The notes beneath the pieces were generated by a model that did no database searches, was not told where the DNA came from, and was given only the letters and a program-made list of their open reading frames with translations. The position numbers and the translations under genes were made by a program. From Tubulanus polymorphus (taxonomy: Eukaryota > Animalia > Nemertea), in assembly GCF_964204645.1 (NCBI RefSeq), contig NC_134026.1:11369950-11433949 (forward strand): a stretch of DNA of 64,000 nucleotides, given 5' to 3'. How positions within the stretch are numbered: position 1 is the first letter of the stretch; each line of letters starts with the position of its first letter. Positions 49,352-62,709 of the stretch are shown piece by piece.

Positions 49352-51114
49352 TATGTATACACTATAATGTTTATGAAAAGATATATCACATGCAAGTATT
49401 AATCTTCGCATTCCATGAATAGATTCAAGGCATATACCAGGCTGACTGATGTAGCATTCAAAACACATTTCAAGAATGATGTAAAATGTCTATCGCCGAA
49501 CGGTGTAACGTCTAGAGTTGAGTCTTTCCATTCACTCCTCAATCATCTAGCGCCAAAAATTGTACATTTTAGTTATCATGGAATAACAGCTAGGCAGGAA
49601 TTTGTTAGCATATCAGTTTTATTCCTAATAACAAGAATTGAGGATCTCTGCTGAAAAACAATGCGATTGTTATATTCAATTCTGTACATTTGCTTGCTCT
49701 ACAGGTATCGTATTGCTGTATTACATCACAATGAAAAAGTCAACAGAAGACAGGCTCAGACCAAAGATGGGGAAATAGGTATAACGTTGTGTATCCCAAG
49801 TTCAAGAAAGGAAGTCATACACTATGTAAAGTGTTTGAGCAAGCAACCTTTAGTAAGTTTCAAACATGGGCTTTTAGAGTATACACGTACATGTACATGT
49901 ATTTATATCTTAAAATTGAATTTTACTTTTTTCCAGACTACATTAAACCACTTATGGCCTGTGTCTTCGAGCGCCTTGCAACTGGGAGGAAATACTTGAG
50001 TGATAGAACCAAACCACCACCTCTCTCAAGTTCAGCAAAAAAAAATCACAAAAGTTGAAGCTATTAGATTGCATAAGACCAGAATGACCAGGTTCACGGA
50101 AGACAAAGAGTAGATGACGGTTGAGTTCTCGGATGCTAGAACATCATTTATGATTTAAGAATATAATTTTCATTCGACCGAATTGTTTTATTAGAAAATT
50201 TAAAAGTTACAAAATTTAACACTTGTACATAGAAATTTTAACAGTAAATATAGCTGCAAAGCAGCGATAACGGGTTTTCTGCACAGTCTTAGAATCCTGT
50301 TCAACGGAGGATTTCGACAAAGCATTTGATAAGGCACAACATCAGCCATTTCTAACAGGCTAATAGGAAACAGTATCATTGCAGTTATCTCTGAACCAAA
50401 ACTTGAAATCAATGGAACGCCTCATCTTGGAATAAGTCGGTCTAACTAGTGGAGTCACGCAAGGTAGTATCCTAAACCGTCTTCTGTTTAATGTCCTGAC
50501 AAATGACATACACAGTAATCGAACATATACCAGACCGAGTTAATTTCCAAATCGACCTTAACACGCTGTTTGACCAAAAAACTTAATGTTCCAACAAGAA
50601 AATCTTGTTCGAATGAAAACAATTCGCTCTTTGCTTGAACCAAAAATTTTCTTCATTCTGACAAAAAGATGAGTTTGAATAAAAAGCTATGTTATTGTTG
50701 AAATGAAAAATTTTTTGTCCCGGCAAAAAATTTGGTTGAGCGAAAACAATTTTTTCGAATGAATGTTTGAATGAAAACAATTCTGTTCGATTGAACGAAA
50801 TACTTAATACTTTTGGTTCGGAGAAAAAACTATTTACAATATACTTGTTCGAACGAAAAACTTAAAGTTCTGACAAGAAAATTCTGTTCAAATCAAAACG
50901 ATTCTGTTCGATCGAATGGTTGTTCGAAAGAAAAACCTTTCGTTTGGACAAAAAAAGTTTGTTCAACTTTGTTCTAACGATTTTTTCAAATTGGTTCAAT
51001 CGAAAAGAATATTATTGGTTGGAATGAAATAAATTTTGGTCAGACGAAAGAATTTTCTAGCGAAAGGTCTATTGAATGAAAAAAAGATATTTCTGGGGCT
51101 CCGCTGTAACTTAA

Positions 51115-51449
51115 AGCCGGACGTAGGTCGGCCTTGTGACGCGATGCGATCCTCGCAAGTTTCGGTGCAATTCGGTTGCGATACGATTGTCAGCGACTGT
51201 GTGCAACTAGTTTCTGCCAGTCGCAAGAGCGCATCGGTTGGATGTGACAGTCGTGTCGCGTCGCAGAAAGTAGAACACGTGCGACTCCTTGTGACTGGCG
51301 TTGCTGAAAGTCGCAACCCATTGCAAGGGAGCGTAGGTCGATGAGTCGTTGCGACAGAATCGTCGTTGCGACAGAATCGTCGCTGGTGGTCGCAATGATT
51401 GGCGTCGCAGTGAATCACAAGCCGTCGCAAGGCCGACCTACGCCATGCT
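51115..51449. mobile_element. MITE (Harbinger/Tourist-like)
   Basis: TIR core CGTAGGTCGGCCTTG / CAAGGCCGACCTACG; TWA flanks; partial copy near 53608-53785. Confidence 0.65.
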
Positions 51450-52863
51450 TTAGTCATTAGGAATTAATGAAATACCAGTTTCATTTATGATGAAAAAACT
51501 CAAATGAAAGGGTGGCTTATAAGCTGTCTGCTCAGACGAAATTTTCAAAAAAATCTTCATTTTTGGCAATAAAATTGATAATTGTGATTGATCGTTGCAA
51601 GTCACAACCAGTTAATCACTAATTAACATGCATTTTAATAGATCTGATTCCTCCTTTACAGTGAACTTAGCTTTAACCTAGTAGAGGCTACTAGCCTATG
51701 TAGGCCTATGTGCATAGGCCTAACATCCAGACAGATTGGTCGTAGGCCTATTGAATAACAACCCACCTAAATATCGTAAATTTTGTTTTGAAGTTCAATG
51801 CAATGAGTCCGTTAATAAACGCAACAATTATACTGCGTTTGTTTGAGACAGTAAAGCTCAGTACCGGTAGGCCTAAAGCCGCGTAAAACTCGATAAACAC
51901 TTCAAGCGACACAGCGAACGATATCCGTTCCCCCACAGCGAACGTTTACTGCGAATGTCAAGTGTGAGTCCAGCATACTGAAAGGAGTGTACTGTTATAT
52001 ACTTGTATTTAGTAAATACCTTGTGCATTTGACAATGATCGGTATGTACTGTAGGAAATATAGAGTATTGATGGAATTTATATAGAGGTTGAAGCCCGCG
52101 GCCGAATAAAGTAATATATTCTTTTATTTTGATACCTCGTCGACATAACAGCTTTTCTCCGCTATATCTCTTCGGCGTGTTTCGTTTAGGCCTACGACTC
52201 CGCGGTACACTTATGATTTATCTTAGTAAATACACGGTTAATTTGATAAACAAAATAGGTATTGCTAAACTAACTGCTTGACGCCCGCGGCCAAATCACT
52301 GGGAGTAATAAATTAATTTGTACTCGATTTGATTCTTATGATGAGGAGAAACTCGCAGCTGATCCCCGGAACGACGATGTAGTGACACACGTCGATGTTT
52401 ACGGCTCGACAGTGCTTTTAAAATCTAAAATAGTAAATTTCCTGTCTATCGGTAATATGATTTGATGAGGAAAATGGGCAATTGTTAAAATTAGTTTTTT
52501 AAAAACTGCGACAGAATGTGCAATCTTTGGGTAATAAATTTGTTAATTTATGCTTGAATTGATAATCGATGTGACAAGAAACGTGCGGTAGATTTCGGAA
52601 AGACGACTTAGAAAAACATGTCGGCTCTTTGAATGGGGCTCAATTTTCGATGTTAACGGCCCGACAGTGCTTTTGTAACGATGATTCTTCAAAATACGCA
52701 CGGGGTATTTGTAGATCGAAGTGAGCTGAATGATATCAGACGGATTGTATCGACAACAGCGGCAAGGTAACAAAGCCTTTGTTCTTTTAGTAAAAATAGT
52801 GTGGAAGAAAATAATAATAATAAATATAGCTGCAAAGCAGCGATAACACAGTCCTGTTCAACG

Positions 52864-53090
52864 GTGGATTTCGACGAAGCATTTGATAATGCACAACATC
52901 AACCATTACTAAACAGGCTATTAGGAAACAGTATCCATGATAGGTCGCTCAAATGGCTCAGCAGTTATCTCTGAACGAAAACTTGTAGCCGAAATCAACG
53001 GAACACTTCATCTTGGAATAAGTCGATCTAACTAGTGGAGACACGCATGGTAGTATCCTGAGTTGTCTTCTGTTTATTGTCCTGACAAAT
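52864..53090 (+). pseudogene. Captured degenerate CR1/L2-type LINE reverse transcriptase fragment (also at about 50307-50500 and 57474-57700)
   Basis: Across the three copies it translates as VDF.KAFD..QH.PLLNRL...KWLSSYL...SGVTQGSIL..LLF, matching the DFSKAFD and GVPQGS RT motifs. Confidence 0.7.
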
Positions 53091-54037
53091 GGCATACACA
53101 GTAATCCAACATATACCTGACCGAGTAAATTTCCAAATCGACCTTAACGCGCTGTTCGACCAAAATACTTAATGTTCCAACAAGAAAATCTTGTTCGAAA
53201 GAAAATAATTCTGTTTGATAGAACAATACGCTTTTTGCTTGAACCAAAAATTTTCTTCATTCTGACAAAAAATGTGTTCGAATAAAAAGCTATGTTATTG
53301 TTGAAATGAAAAAAATTTGGTTGAGCGAAAACAATTTTTTTCGAACAAATGTTTGAATGAAAACAATTCTGTTCGATTGAACGAAATACTTAATACTTTC
53401 GGTTCGGAGAAAAAACTTTTTTCAATATACTTGTTCGAACGAAAAACTTAATGTTCTGACAAGAAAATTCTGTTCAAATTAAAACGATTTTGTTCAATTG
53501 AATGATTGTTCGAACGAAAAACCTTTCGTTTGGACAAAAAAAAGTTTGTTCAACTTTGTTCTAACGATTTTTTCAAATTGGTTCAATTGTATAGAATATT
53601 ATTGGTTCTTGTGACACGATGCGATCCTCGCGTTGCATCGCAAGTTTCGATGCAAGTCGCTTGCAATACGATTGTGTGCGACTAGTTTCTGCCAGTCGCA
53701 AGAGCGCGTCGGTTGGTTGTGACAGTCGTGTCGCGTCGCAGAAAGTAGAACACCTACGACTCCATGTGACTGGCGTTGCTGAAAGATGAGGACGCCAGTG
53801 ATATGACGACTGAGTTTCAAGTCGTCAAAACGTCACGATATGTCGACATATTCATGTCGAATTGATGCGATATATCGACATAAATATGGCGACTTGTCGA
53901 GTTGGAACGCAACAACTCGAGGCCCTTTATCGCTTCCGTAGATCTTTCATTAAGTAGGATCACTTGAATGATCGCTTTAATATCATTTAAAAAAAAAAAG
54001 AATCTGCCAAAATGACCTTAATATTCGACACTATATC

Positions 54038-54449
54038 TACGGAAGCGATAAGGGGCCTCGGAGATGACGCGTTCCAACTCGACAAGTCGCCATATTATTG
54101 TCGACATACCGCGATGTATCGCGTCAAGTCGACATGAATATGTCGATATATCGTGATGTTTTGACGACATATTTCGTTTTCTTAACCATTTTCCTCGCGA
54201 CAAGTCGACATATTCATGACGACTTGAAACTCAGTCGTCATATTACTGGCGTCCTCATCTTACATTTAGACATGTCTTCAAATGACGGCTTGTCCCGTGG
54301 AAAATGAGCAAATAAGCGAAATTTGTCGTGAAAACGTCACGATATGTAGACATATTCATGTGGACACGATATATCGCGATATATCGACATAAATATGGCG
54401 ACTTGTCGAGTTTGAACATGAAAACTCGAGGCCCTTTATCGCTTCCGTA
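54038..54449. mobile_element. MITE with TACGGAAGCG termini and 7-bp TSD
   Basis: TACGGAAGCGATAAGGGGCCTCG / CGAGGCCCTTTATCGCTTCCGTA; CTATATC on both sides; partial copy 53786-53940. Confidence 0.8.
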
Positions 54450-54539
54450 CTATATCAGATTAATCGACTTCAAAATAGGCGAAAGCATAAGTCTTTATAA
54501 CGTTATTAATTGGCCTAATTATTCAAAAGCTAATAATGT

Positions 54540-56109
54540 TGGCGACAAAACCAAAAAAATTAATTGTCGCGGGCGATAAAACCAAAATAATCAATTGTCG
54601 CGGGCGATAAAACCAAAATATTCAATTGTCGCGGGCAACAAAACCAAACTAATGAATTGTCGCGGGCGATAAAACCAAAATAATAAATTGTCACAGGCGA
54701 TAAAACCAAAAAACTGAATTGTCGCGGGCGATAAAACCAAAATCATGAATTGTCGCAGGCGACAAAACCAAACTAATGAATTGGCGCGGGCGATAAAGCC
54801 AAAATAATGAATTGTCGCGGGCGATAAAACCAAAATATTGAAGTGTCGCAGGCGATAAAACCGCGACAAAAAGAGAAAAAAATTGTCGAGGGCGATAAAA
54901 CCAAAATATTGAATTGTCGTGGGCGACAAATCCAAAAAATGAATTGTCGCGGGCGATAAAACCAAAATATTGAAGTGTCGCAGGCGATAAAACTGCGACA
55001 AAAAGAGAAAAAAATTGTCGCCGGCGATAAAACCGAAATAATGAATTGTCGCGGGCGATAAAACCAAAATATTGAATTGTCTTGGGCGACAAATCCAAAA
55101 AATGAATTGTCGCAGGCGATAAAACCAAAATCTTGAATTGTCGCCATTGTCGTGTGCGACAAAACCTAAATAATGAATTGTCGCGGGCGATAAAACCAAA
55201 ATAATAAATTGTCACAGGCGATAAAACCAAAAACCTGAATTGTCGCGGGCGATAAAACCAAAATCATGAATTGTCGCGGGCGACAAAACCAAAATATTCA
55301 ATTGTCGCAGGCGACAAAACCAAACTAATGAATTGGCGCGGGCGATAAAGCCAAAATAATGAATTGTCGCGGGCGATAAAACCAAAATATTGAAGTGTCG
55401 CAGGCGATAAAACCGCGACAAAAAGAGAAAAAAATTGTCGCGGGCGATAAAACCAAAATATTGAATTGTCGTGGGCGACAAATCCAAAAAATGAATTGTC
55501 GCGGGCGATAAAACCAAAATCTTGAATTGTCGCCATTGTCGCGTGCGACAAAACCAAAATAATGAATTGTTGCGGGCCATAAAACCAAAATATTGAAGTG
55601 TCGCAGGCGATAAAACCGCGACAAAAAGAGAAAAAAATTGTCGCGGGCGATAAAACCGAAATAATGAATTGTCGCGGGCGATAAAACCAAAATAATGAAT
55701 TGTCGCGGGTGATAAAACCCAAATATTGAATTGTCGTGAGCGACAAAATCAAAATATTGTTTTGTCGCGGGTGACAAAACCAAATTAATGAAGTGTCGCG
55801 GGCGATAAAACCAAAATAATGAATTGTCGCGGGCGATAAAACCAAAATAATGAATTGTCGCGGGCGATAAAACCAAAATATTGAATTGTCGCGGGCGACA
55901 AATCCAAAAAATGAATTGTCGCGGCAGAAAAACCAAAATCTTGAATTGTCGCAGGCGAAAAAACCAAACTAATGAATTGTTGCGGGCGATAAAACCAAAA
56001 TAATCAATTGTTGCGGGCGATAAAACCAAAATAATGAATTGTCGCGGGCGATAAAACCAAAATATTGAATTGGCATGAGCGACAAAACCAAAATTATTGT
56101 TTTGTCGCA
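54540..56109. repeat. 31-bp satellite array
   Basis: Consensus GAATTGTCGCGGGCGA(T/C)AAAACCAAAATAAT. Confidence 0.95.
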
Positions 56110-57788
56110 TAATTTAGTTTTGTCGTTTTGTCATAATGTCGCCCTCATTTGCATATACGTTTTTTTTTTTACGCATGGCCCTTATCAGCCATCATACTAA
56201 AGCCTTAAGGTCTCGTAAAACTCGATAAACACTTCAAGCGACACAGCGAACGATCTCCTTTCCCCCACAGCGAACGCTTAACCTAGTAGAGGCTACTAGC
56301 CTATGTAGGCCTATGTATATGCGTAGGCCTAACATCCGGACAGATTGGTCGTAGGCCTATTGAATTTAACAACCCACCTAAATATCGTAAATTTTGTTTT
56401 GAAGTTCAATCCAATGAGTCCGTTAATAAACGCAAAACGTACTGTGTTTGTTTGAGACAGTAAAGCTCAGTACCGGTAGGCCTAAAGCCGCGTCAAACTC
56501 GATAAACACTTCAAGCGACACAGCGAACGCTTACTCCGAATTTCAAGTGTGAGTCCAGCATACGGAAAGGATTATGTGTTATATACTTGTATTTAGTAAA
56601 TACCTTGTGCATTTTACAATGATCGGTATGTACTGTAGGAAATATAGAGTATTGATGGTATTGATATAGAGGTTGAAGCCCGCGGCCGAATAAAGTAATA
56701 TATTCTTTTATTTTGATACCTCGTTGACATAACAGCTTTTCTCCGCTATATCTCTTCGGCGTGTTTAGTTTAGGCCTACGATTCCTCGGTACACTAAAGA
56801 TTTATCTTAGTAAATACTAGGTTAATTCGGTAAAGAAAAATAGGTATTGTTATACTAACTCCTTGAAACCCGCAGCCAAATTACTGGTAGTAATAAATTA
56901 ATTTGTACTCGATTTGATTCTCATGATGAGGAGAAACTCGCAGCTGATCCCCGGAACGACGATGTAGTAACACACGTCGATTCGTCGATGTTCACGGCTC
57001 GACAGTGCTTTTAAAATCTAAAGTAGTCAATTTCCAGTGTATCGGTAATATGATTTGATGAGGAAAATGGGCTATTGTTAAAATCACTGTTTGAAGACCG
57101 CGACTGAATTTGTAGTCTGCGGCAATAAATTAGTTCATTTATACTTGAATTGATAATCGAAGTGACAGTCGGCCTGCGGGTTGATTTCGGGATGACGACT
57201 CGAAAAACATGTCGCCGCATTGAATGGGGCTAAATTTTCGATGTTTACGGCCCGACAGCGCTTTTGTAACGATGATTCGTGAAAAAACACGCGGGCTATT
57301 TGTAGATCTCAGTGAGCTGAACGATATTATATGGATTGTATATGAAACAGCGGTAAGGTAACAAAGCCTATGTTCTTTTGGTAAAAATAGTGTGGAAGAA
57401 AATAATAATAATAAATATAGCTGCAAAGCAGCGATAACGGGTTTTCTGCACAGTCTTAGAATCCTGTTCAACGGTGGATTTCAACAAAGCATTTGATAAG
57501 GCTCAACATCAGCCATTACTAAACAGGCTATTAGGAAACAGTATCAATGATAGGTCGCCCAAATGGCTCAGCAGTTATCTCTGAACGGAAACTTGTAACC
57601 GAAATCAACGGAACGCCTCATCTTGGAATGAGACGGTCTAACTAGTGGAGTCACGCAAGGTAGTATCCTAAGTCGTCTTCTGTTTAATGTCCTGATAAAT
57701 GACATACACAGTAATCCAAAATATAACAGACCGAGTAAATTTCCAAAACGACCTTAACACACTGTTCGACCAAAAAACTTAATGTTCC

Positions 57789-60700
57789 GACAAAACCACG
57801 GGCGACAAAACCAAAATTATGAATTGTCGCGGGTGACAAAACCCAAAATATTGAATTGTCACGGGTGACAAAACAAAAATAATGAATTGTCGCGGGCGAT
57901 AAAACCAAAATAATGAATTGTCGCGGGCGATAAAACCACAGTAATGAATTGTCGCGGGCGTTAAAAACCAAAATAATGAATTGTCTCGGACGGCAAAAAC
58001 AAGATATTGAATTGTTGCGTGCGACAAAACCAAAATAATGAATTGTCGCGGGCGACAAAACCAAACTAGGGGTCCAGGGACACCATGCTCACTTGGGAAG
58101 TGGTTTCAAATGCTCAACAATCTAACAATTTCAATACATAACGCCCTCTAGTGACCATATACAAAACCAATGACCTTGAAACCCACCACAATCATAGAAC
58201 ATGTGAGCAGCTATGATTTTGTAATTGATTGTGATAACAAAATATGCCTCGTTACCAATTTAATATGGAAGTACTAAGTTATTCTACTATTCAACGCCCC
58301 CTGGTGACCATATGCAAAACCCAATGACCTTAAAACTCACCACAATCGTAGTACATGTCATGAAATACAACTTTGCAATTGATCATAGTAACAAAATATG
58401 CCTAGGTACCAATCTAATAAGGAAATACTAAGCCATTCTACTATTCAGCGCCCCTGGTGACTATATGGAATAACTAATGTCCTCAAAAACTCACCACAAT
58501 CATAGCCGATGTCATGAACTACAACTTTGCAATGGATCATGGTAACAAACTATGCCTAGGGACCAATCTAATAAGGAAAAACTAAGCTTTTCTACTATTC
58601 AACGCCCCCTGGTGACTATATAGAATAACTAATGTCCTTCAAAACTCACCACAATCATAGGCGATGTCATGAACTACAACTTTGCCATTGATCATGGTAA
58701 CAAAATATGCCTTCGTACAAATATAATATAGCGATACTAAGTTATTGTATTATTCAACGCCCCTGATGGCCACATACAAAAACCAATGACCTTGAAACTC
58801 ACCGAAATCATAGAACACGTTATGGGCTACAACTTTCCAATTGAATATAGTAACACAATATGCTTAGGTTTCAATTAATCGTGGAAAAACTTTTTCCCAC
58901 CTACGAATGAGTACTGATGACACCAAGATGGCCGCCAATTGCGTCATAATTGGCTGATCAAAAATACCTGTCCCAGGTATAAAACATCCCTCTCTAAAGA
59001 ATATCCATCAGCAATTGCAATGAGAAATGGCAAACCAGTAGGAAGCTACAGGACCTAGAATTCTGGCCAAAATTGACATTTTTGGGCACTAAAAAGGTCA
59101 TACGACGGCCATCTTGAGTCAGATCGACCCAATTTTCTTATGCTGATGGGCCTTTGGTAGATTCAAATATAAACGAAAGATCAAGGTAATTGATCAAAGC
59201 GTCTTCAAAATTTTCTTCGGGCGACAAAACCAAAATAATGAATTGTCGCGGGCGATAAAACCAAAATAATGAATTGTCTCGTGTGATAAAACCAAAATAA
59301 TTGTCGCGGGCAATTAAACCAAAATAATGAATTATCGCGGGCGATAAAACCAAAATATTGAATTGTCGCGGGCAATAAAACCAAAATAATGAATGGTCGC
59401 GGGCGACAAAACCAAAAGAAGAATTGTCGCGGACGACAAAACCAAAATAATGAATTGTCGCTGGAGATAAAACCAAAGTAATGAATTGTCGTGGGCGATA
59501 AAACCAAAATATTGAATTGTCGCGGGCGACAAAACCAAACTAATGAATTGACGCGGGCGACAAAACCAAAAAAAGAATTGTGGGGCAACAAAACCAAAAT
59601 AATGAATTGTCGCGGGTGACAAAACCAAAATGGTGAATTGTCCAGGCGACAGAACCAAAATGGTGAATTGTCGCGGGCGATAAAACCAAAATAATGAATT
59701 GTCGCGGGCGATAAAACCAAAATGATGAATTGTCTCGGGCGACAAAACCAGAATAATGAATTGTCGCGGGCGATAAAACCAAAATAATGAATTGTCACAG
59801 GCAATAAAACCAAAATATTGAATTGTCGCGGGCGATAAAACCAAAATAATGAATTGTCGCGGGCGAAAAAACCAATATATTGAATTGTCGCGGGCGACAA
59901 ATCCAAAAAAAAAAAATTGTCGCAGGTGACTAAAACAAAATATAAAACCAAAATAATGAATTGTCGCGGGCGACAAAACCAAAAAAAATTGTCACGGGCG
60001 ACTAAAACAAAATATAAAACCAAAATAATGAATCGTCGCGGGCGACAAAACCAAAAAGAATTGTCGCGGGCGACAAAAGCAAAATAATGAATTTTCGCTG
60101 GAGATAAAACCAAAGTAATGAATTGTCGCAGGCGACAAAACCAAAATATTGAATTGCCGCGACAAAACCAAAATAATAAATTGTCGCGGGCGATAAATCC
60201 AAAATAATGAATTGTCGCGGGCGATAAAACCAAAAAAATGAATTGTCGCGGGCGACAAAACCAAAATAATGAATTGTCGGGGACGACAAAACCAAAAAGA
60301 AGAATTGTCGCGGTCGACAAAACCAAAATAATGAATTGTCGCTGGCAATAAAACCAAAGTAGTGAATTGTCGCGGGCGATAAAACCAAAATATTGAATTT
60401 TCGCGGGCGACAAAACCAAAATATTGAATTGTCGCGGGCGACAAAACCAAAATAATGAATTGTCGCGGGCGACAAAACCTAAAAAAGAATTGTGGGAGCG
60501 ACAAAACCAAAATAATGAATTGTCGCGGGCGACAAAACCAAAATGGTGAATTGTCCAGGCGACAAAACCAAAATGGTGAATTGTCGCAGGCGACAAAACC
60601 ATAATAATGAATTGTCGCGGGCGATAAAACCAAAATGATGAATTGTCTCGGGTGACAAAACCAAAATAATGAATTGTCGCGGGCGATAAAACCAAAATAA

Positions 60701-61128
60701 TGAATTATCGCGGGCGATAAAACCAAAATATTGAATTGTCGCGGGCGATAAAACCAAAATAATGAATTGTCTCGGGCGACAAAACCAAAATGGTGAATTG
60801 TCCAGGCAACAAAACCAAAATGGTGAATTGTCGCGGGCGATAAAACCAAAATAATGAATTGTCTCGGGCGACAAAACCAAAATAATGAATTGTCGCGGGC
60901 TATAAAACCAAAATAATGAATTATCGCGGGCGACAAAACCAAAATATTGAATTGTTGCGGACGACAAAAACAAAATATTAAAAAATAATAATGAATTGTC
61001 TCGGGCGACAAAACCAAAAAGAAGAATTGTCTCGGGCGACGAAACCAAAATAATGAATTGTCGCGGGCGATAAAGCCAAAATAATGAATTATCGCGGGCG
61101 ACAAAACCAAAATTATTGTTTTGTCGCG
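57789..61128. repeat. 31-bp satellite array interrupted by a HINE copy (58064-59213)
   Basis: Same consensus as 54540-56109, with a homologous right flank. Confidence 0.95.
58064..59213 (-). mobile_element. HINE/DINE-like copy with internal ~154-bp tandem repeats, 5'-truncated
   Basis: Starts with the reverse complement of the 13870-13930 terminus; TATTCA.CGCCCC unit recurs at about 58288, 58442, 58596 and 58751. Confidence 0.78.
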
Positions 61129-61369
61129 TTATTTTAGTTTTTTTGTTTTGTCACAAAGTTGCTCTCATTTGCATATATATGTCAAGTGTGAGTCCAGCAT
61201 ACGGAAATAAGTGTGTTATATACTTGTTTTTAGTAAATACCTTGTGGATTTGACAATGATCGGTATGTACTGTAGGAAATATAGAGTATTGATGGTATTG
61301 ATATAGAGTTTGAAGCCCGCGGCCGAATAAAGTAATATATTCTTTTATTTTGATACCTCGTCGACATAA

Positions 61370-61928
61370 TGCCACCCTGATATAATTTGCATATTTCATA
61401 ATCATATAGATCTACAATGTCATATCGAACAGTTCATAACATTTCATAGCTCTACTACATATTAATGATAATAATAATAATAATAATAATAATGATAATA
61501 ATATAATATAACTTATGACTATAGTGTCAATATGTGCTTTAAGGTCGTAATCAACATGTGACATTACTCAACATGTTTTCACGATAATTAGCTATAGTCA
61601 GTGCTCATCGATAATTAATTAATGTCTCTCAAACATGTCACTAGGTGTTTGTTTGTGAGTCCTGATGTCTACAACTTGTCTGACCCCTAGTTCTCGCATT
61701 ATACTCATGATTCTGTATATAAAGACTATGTAAAGCTATGATAATCATTCTCATTCCGGGATGCAATAAAGATTGTACGTATAAGGTTTAACTGCCTTGT
61801 TGTTCCTGATGGATGGAATCCTGTACCGCTGGTGTAAATGCTAGTTCCCCAGCCAGCCTACCGACACAACAACCAGCCGGTTAGAGATGGCGGAGAATCG
61901 GATTTACCTTCACAGATCGACGGTTACA
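61370..61928 (+). mobile_element. Solo LTR
   Basis: TG...CA ends, 4-bp TSD ATAA, internal TATATAA and AATAAA; the empty site GACATAACAGC is present in the sister HINE units. Confidence 0.82.
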
Positions 61929-62709
61929 ATAACAGCTTGTCTCCGCTATATCTCTTCGGCGTGTTTAGTTTAGGCCTACGATTCCCCGGTACACTAAAGA
62001 TTTATCTTAGTAAATACACGGTTAATTCGGAAAAAAAAAGGTATTGTTAAACTCCTCGAAACCCGCAGCCAAATCACTGGTAGTAATAAATTAATTTGTA
62101 CTCGATTTGATTCTCATGATGAGGAGAAACTCGCAGCTGATCCCCGGATCGACGATGTACTAACACACGTCGATTCGTCGATGTTTACGGCTCGACAGTG
62201 CTTTTAAAATCTAAAGTAGTAAATTTCCAGTGTATCGGTAATATGATCTGATGAGGAAAATGGGCTATTGTTAAAATCACTGTTTGAAGACCGCGACTGA
62301 ATGTGAAGTCTGCGGCAATAAATTAGTTCATTTATACTTGAATTGATAATCGAAGTGACAGTCGGCCTGCGGGTTGATTTCGGGATGACGACTCGAAAAA
62401 CATGTCGCCGCATTGAATGGGGCTAAATTTTCGATGTTTACGGCCCGACAGCGCTTTTGTAACGATGATTCGTGAAAAAACACGCGGGCTATTTGTAGAT
62501 CTCAGTAAGCTGAACGATATTATATGGATTGTATATGAAACAGCGGTAAGGTAACAGAGCCTATGTTCTTTTGGTAAAAATAGTGTGGAAGAAAATAATA
62601 ATAATAATAATCACGCGGATATCAATAGGGTTTTCTGTGAAATAACAGAAAACCCTAATATTCACGCGGATATCAATAGGGTTTTCTGTGAACAAACAAA
62701 AAACCCTAA

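Larger units (their letters stand above)
43812..50112 (+). pseudogene. THAP-domain DDE transposase of Kolobok (KolobokP-like) type, intron-containing, interrupted by a Harbinger element
   Basis: THAP start MVKKCVAYGCAN...LHTFP...WIRQV (43812-43952); then WHSQP..GNISLSAA, GHSAKYGTY, MEKEG..VTDRH..HSFDVWH, VESFHS, LHHNE, YPKFKKG. Confidence 0.75.

Noticed and set aside
49193-49468. ORFs with poly-(IY) tracts
   Set aside because: They are translations of the (TA)n microsatellite.
54591-61110. Long minus-strand ORFs (up to 496 aa) with FWFYRPRQFIILVLSPATIHYFGFIARDNSL repeats
   Set aside because: They are translations of the stop-free 31-bp satellite in all three frames, with no independent sign of coding.
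54540-61128. CRISPR-like appearance of the palindromic ~31-bp repeats
   Set aside because: Units are contiguous with no unique spacers, there are no cas genes, and the context is eukaryotic.
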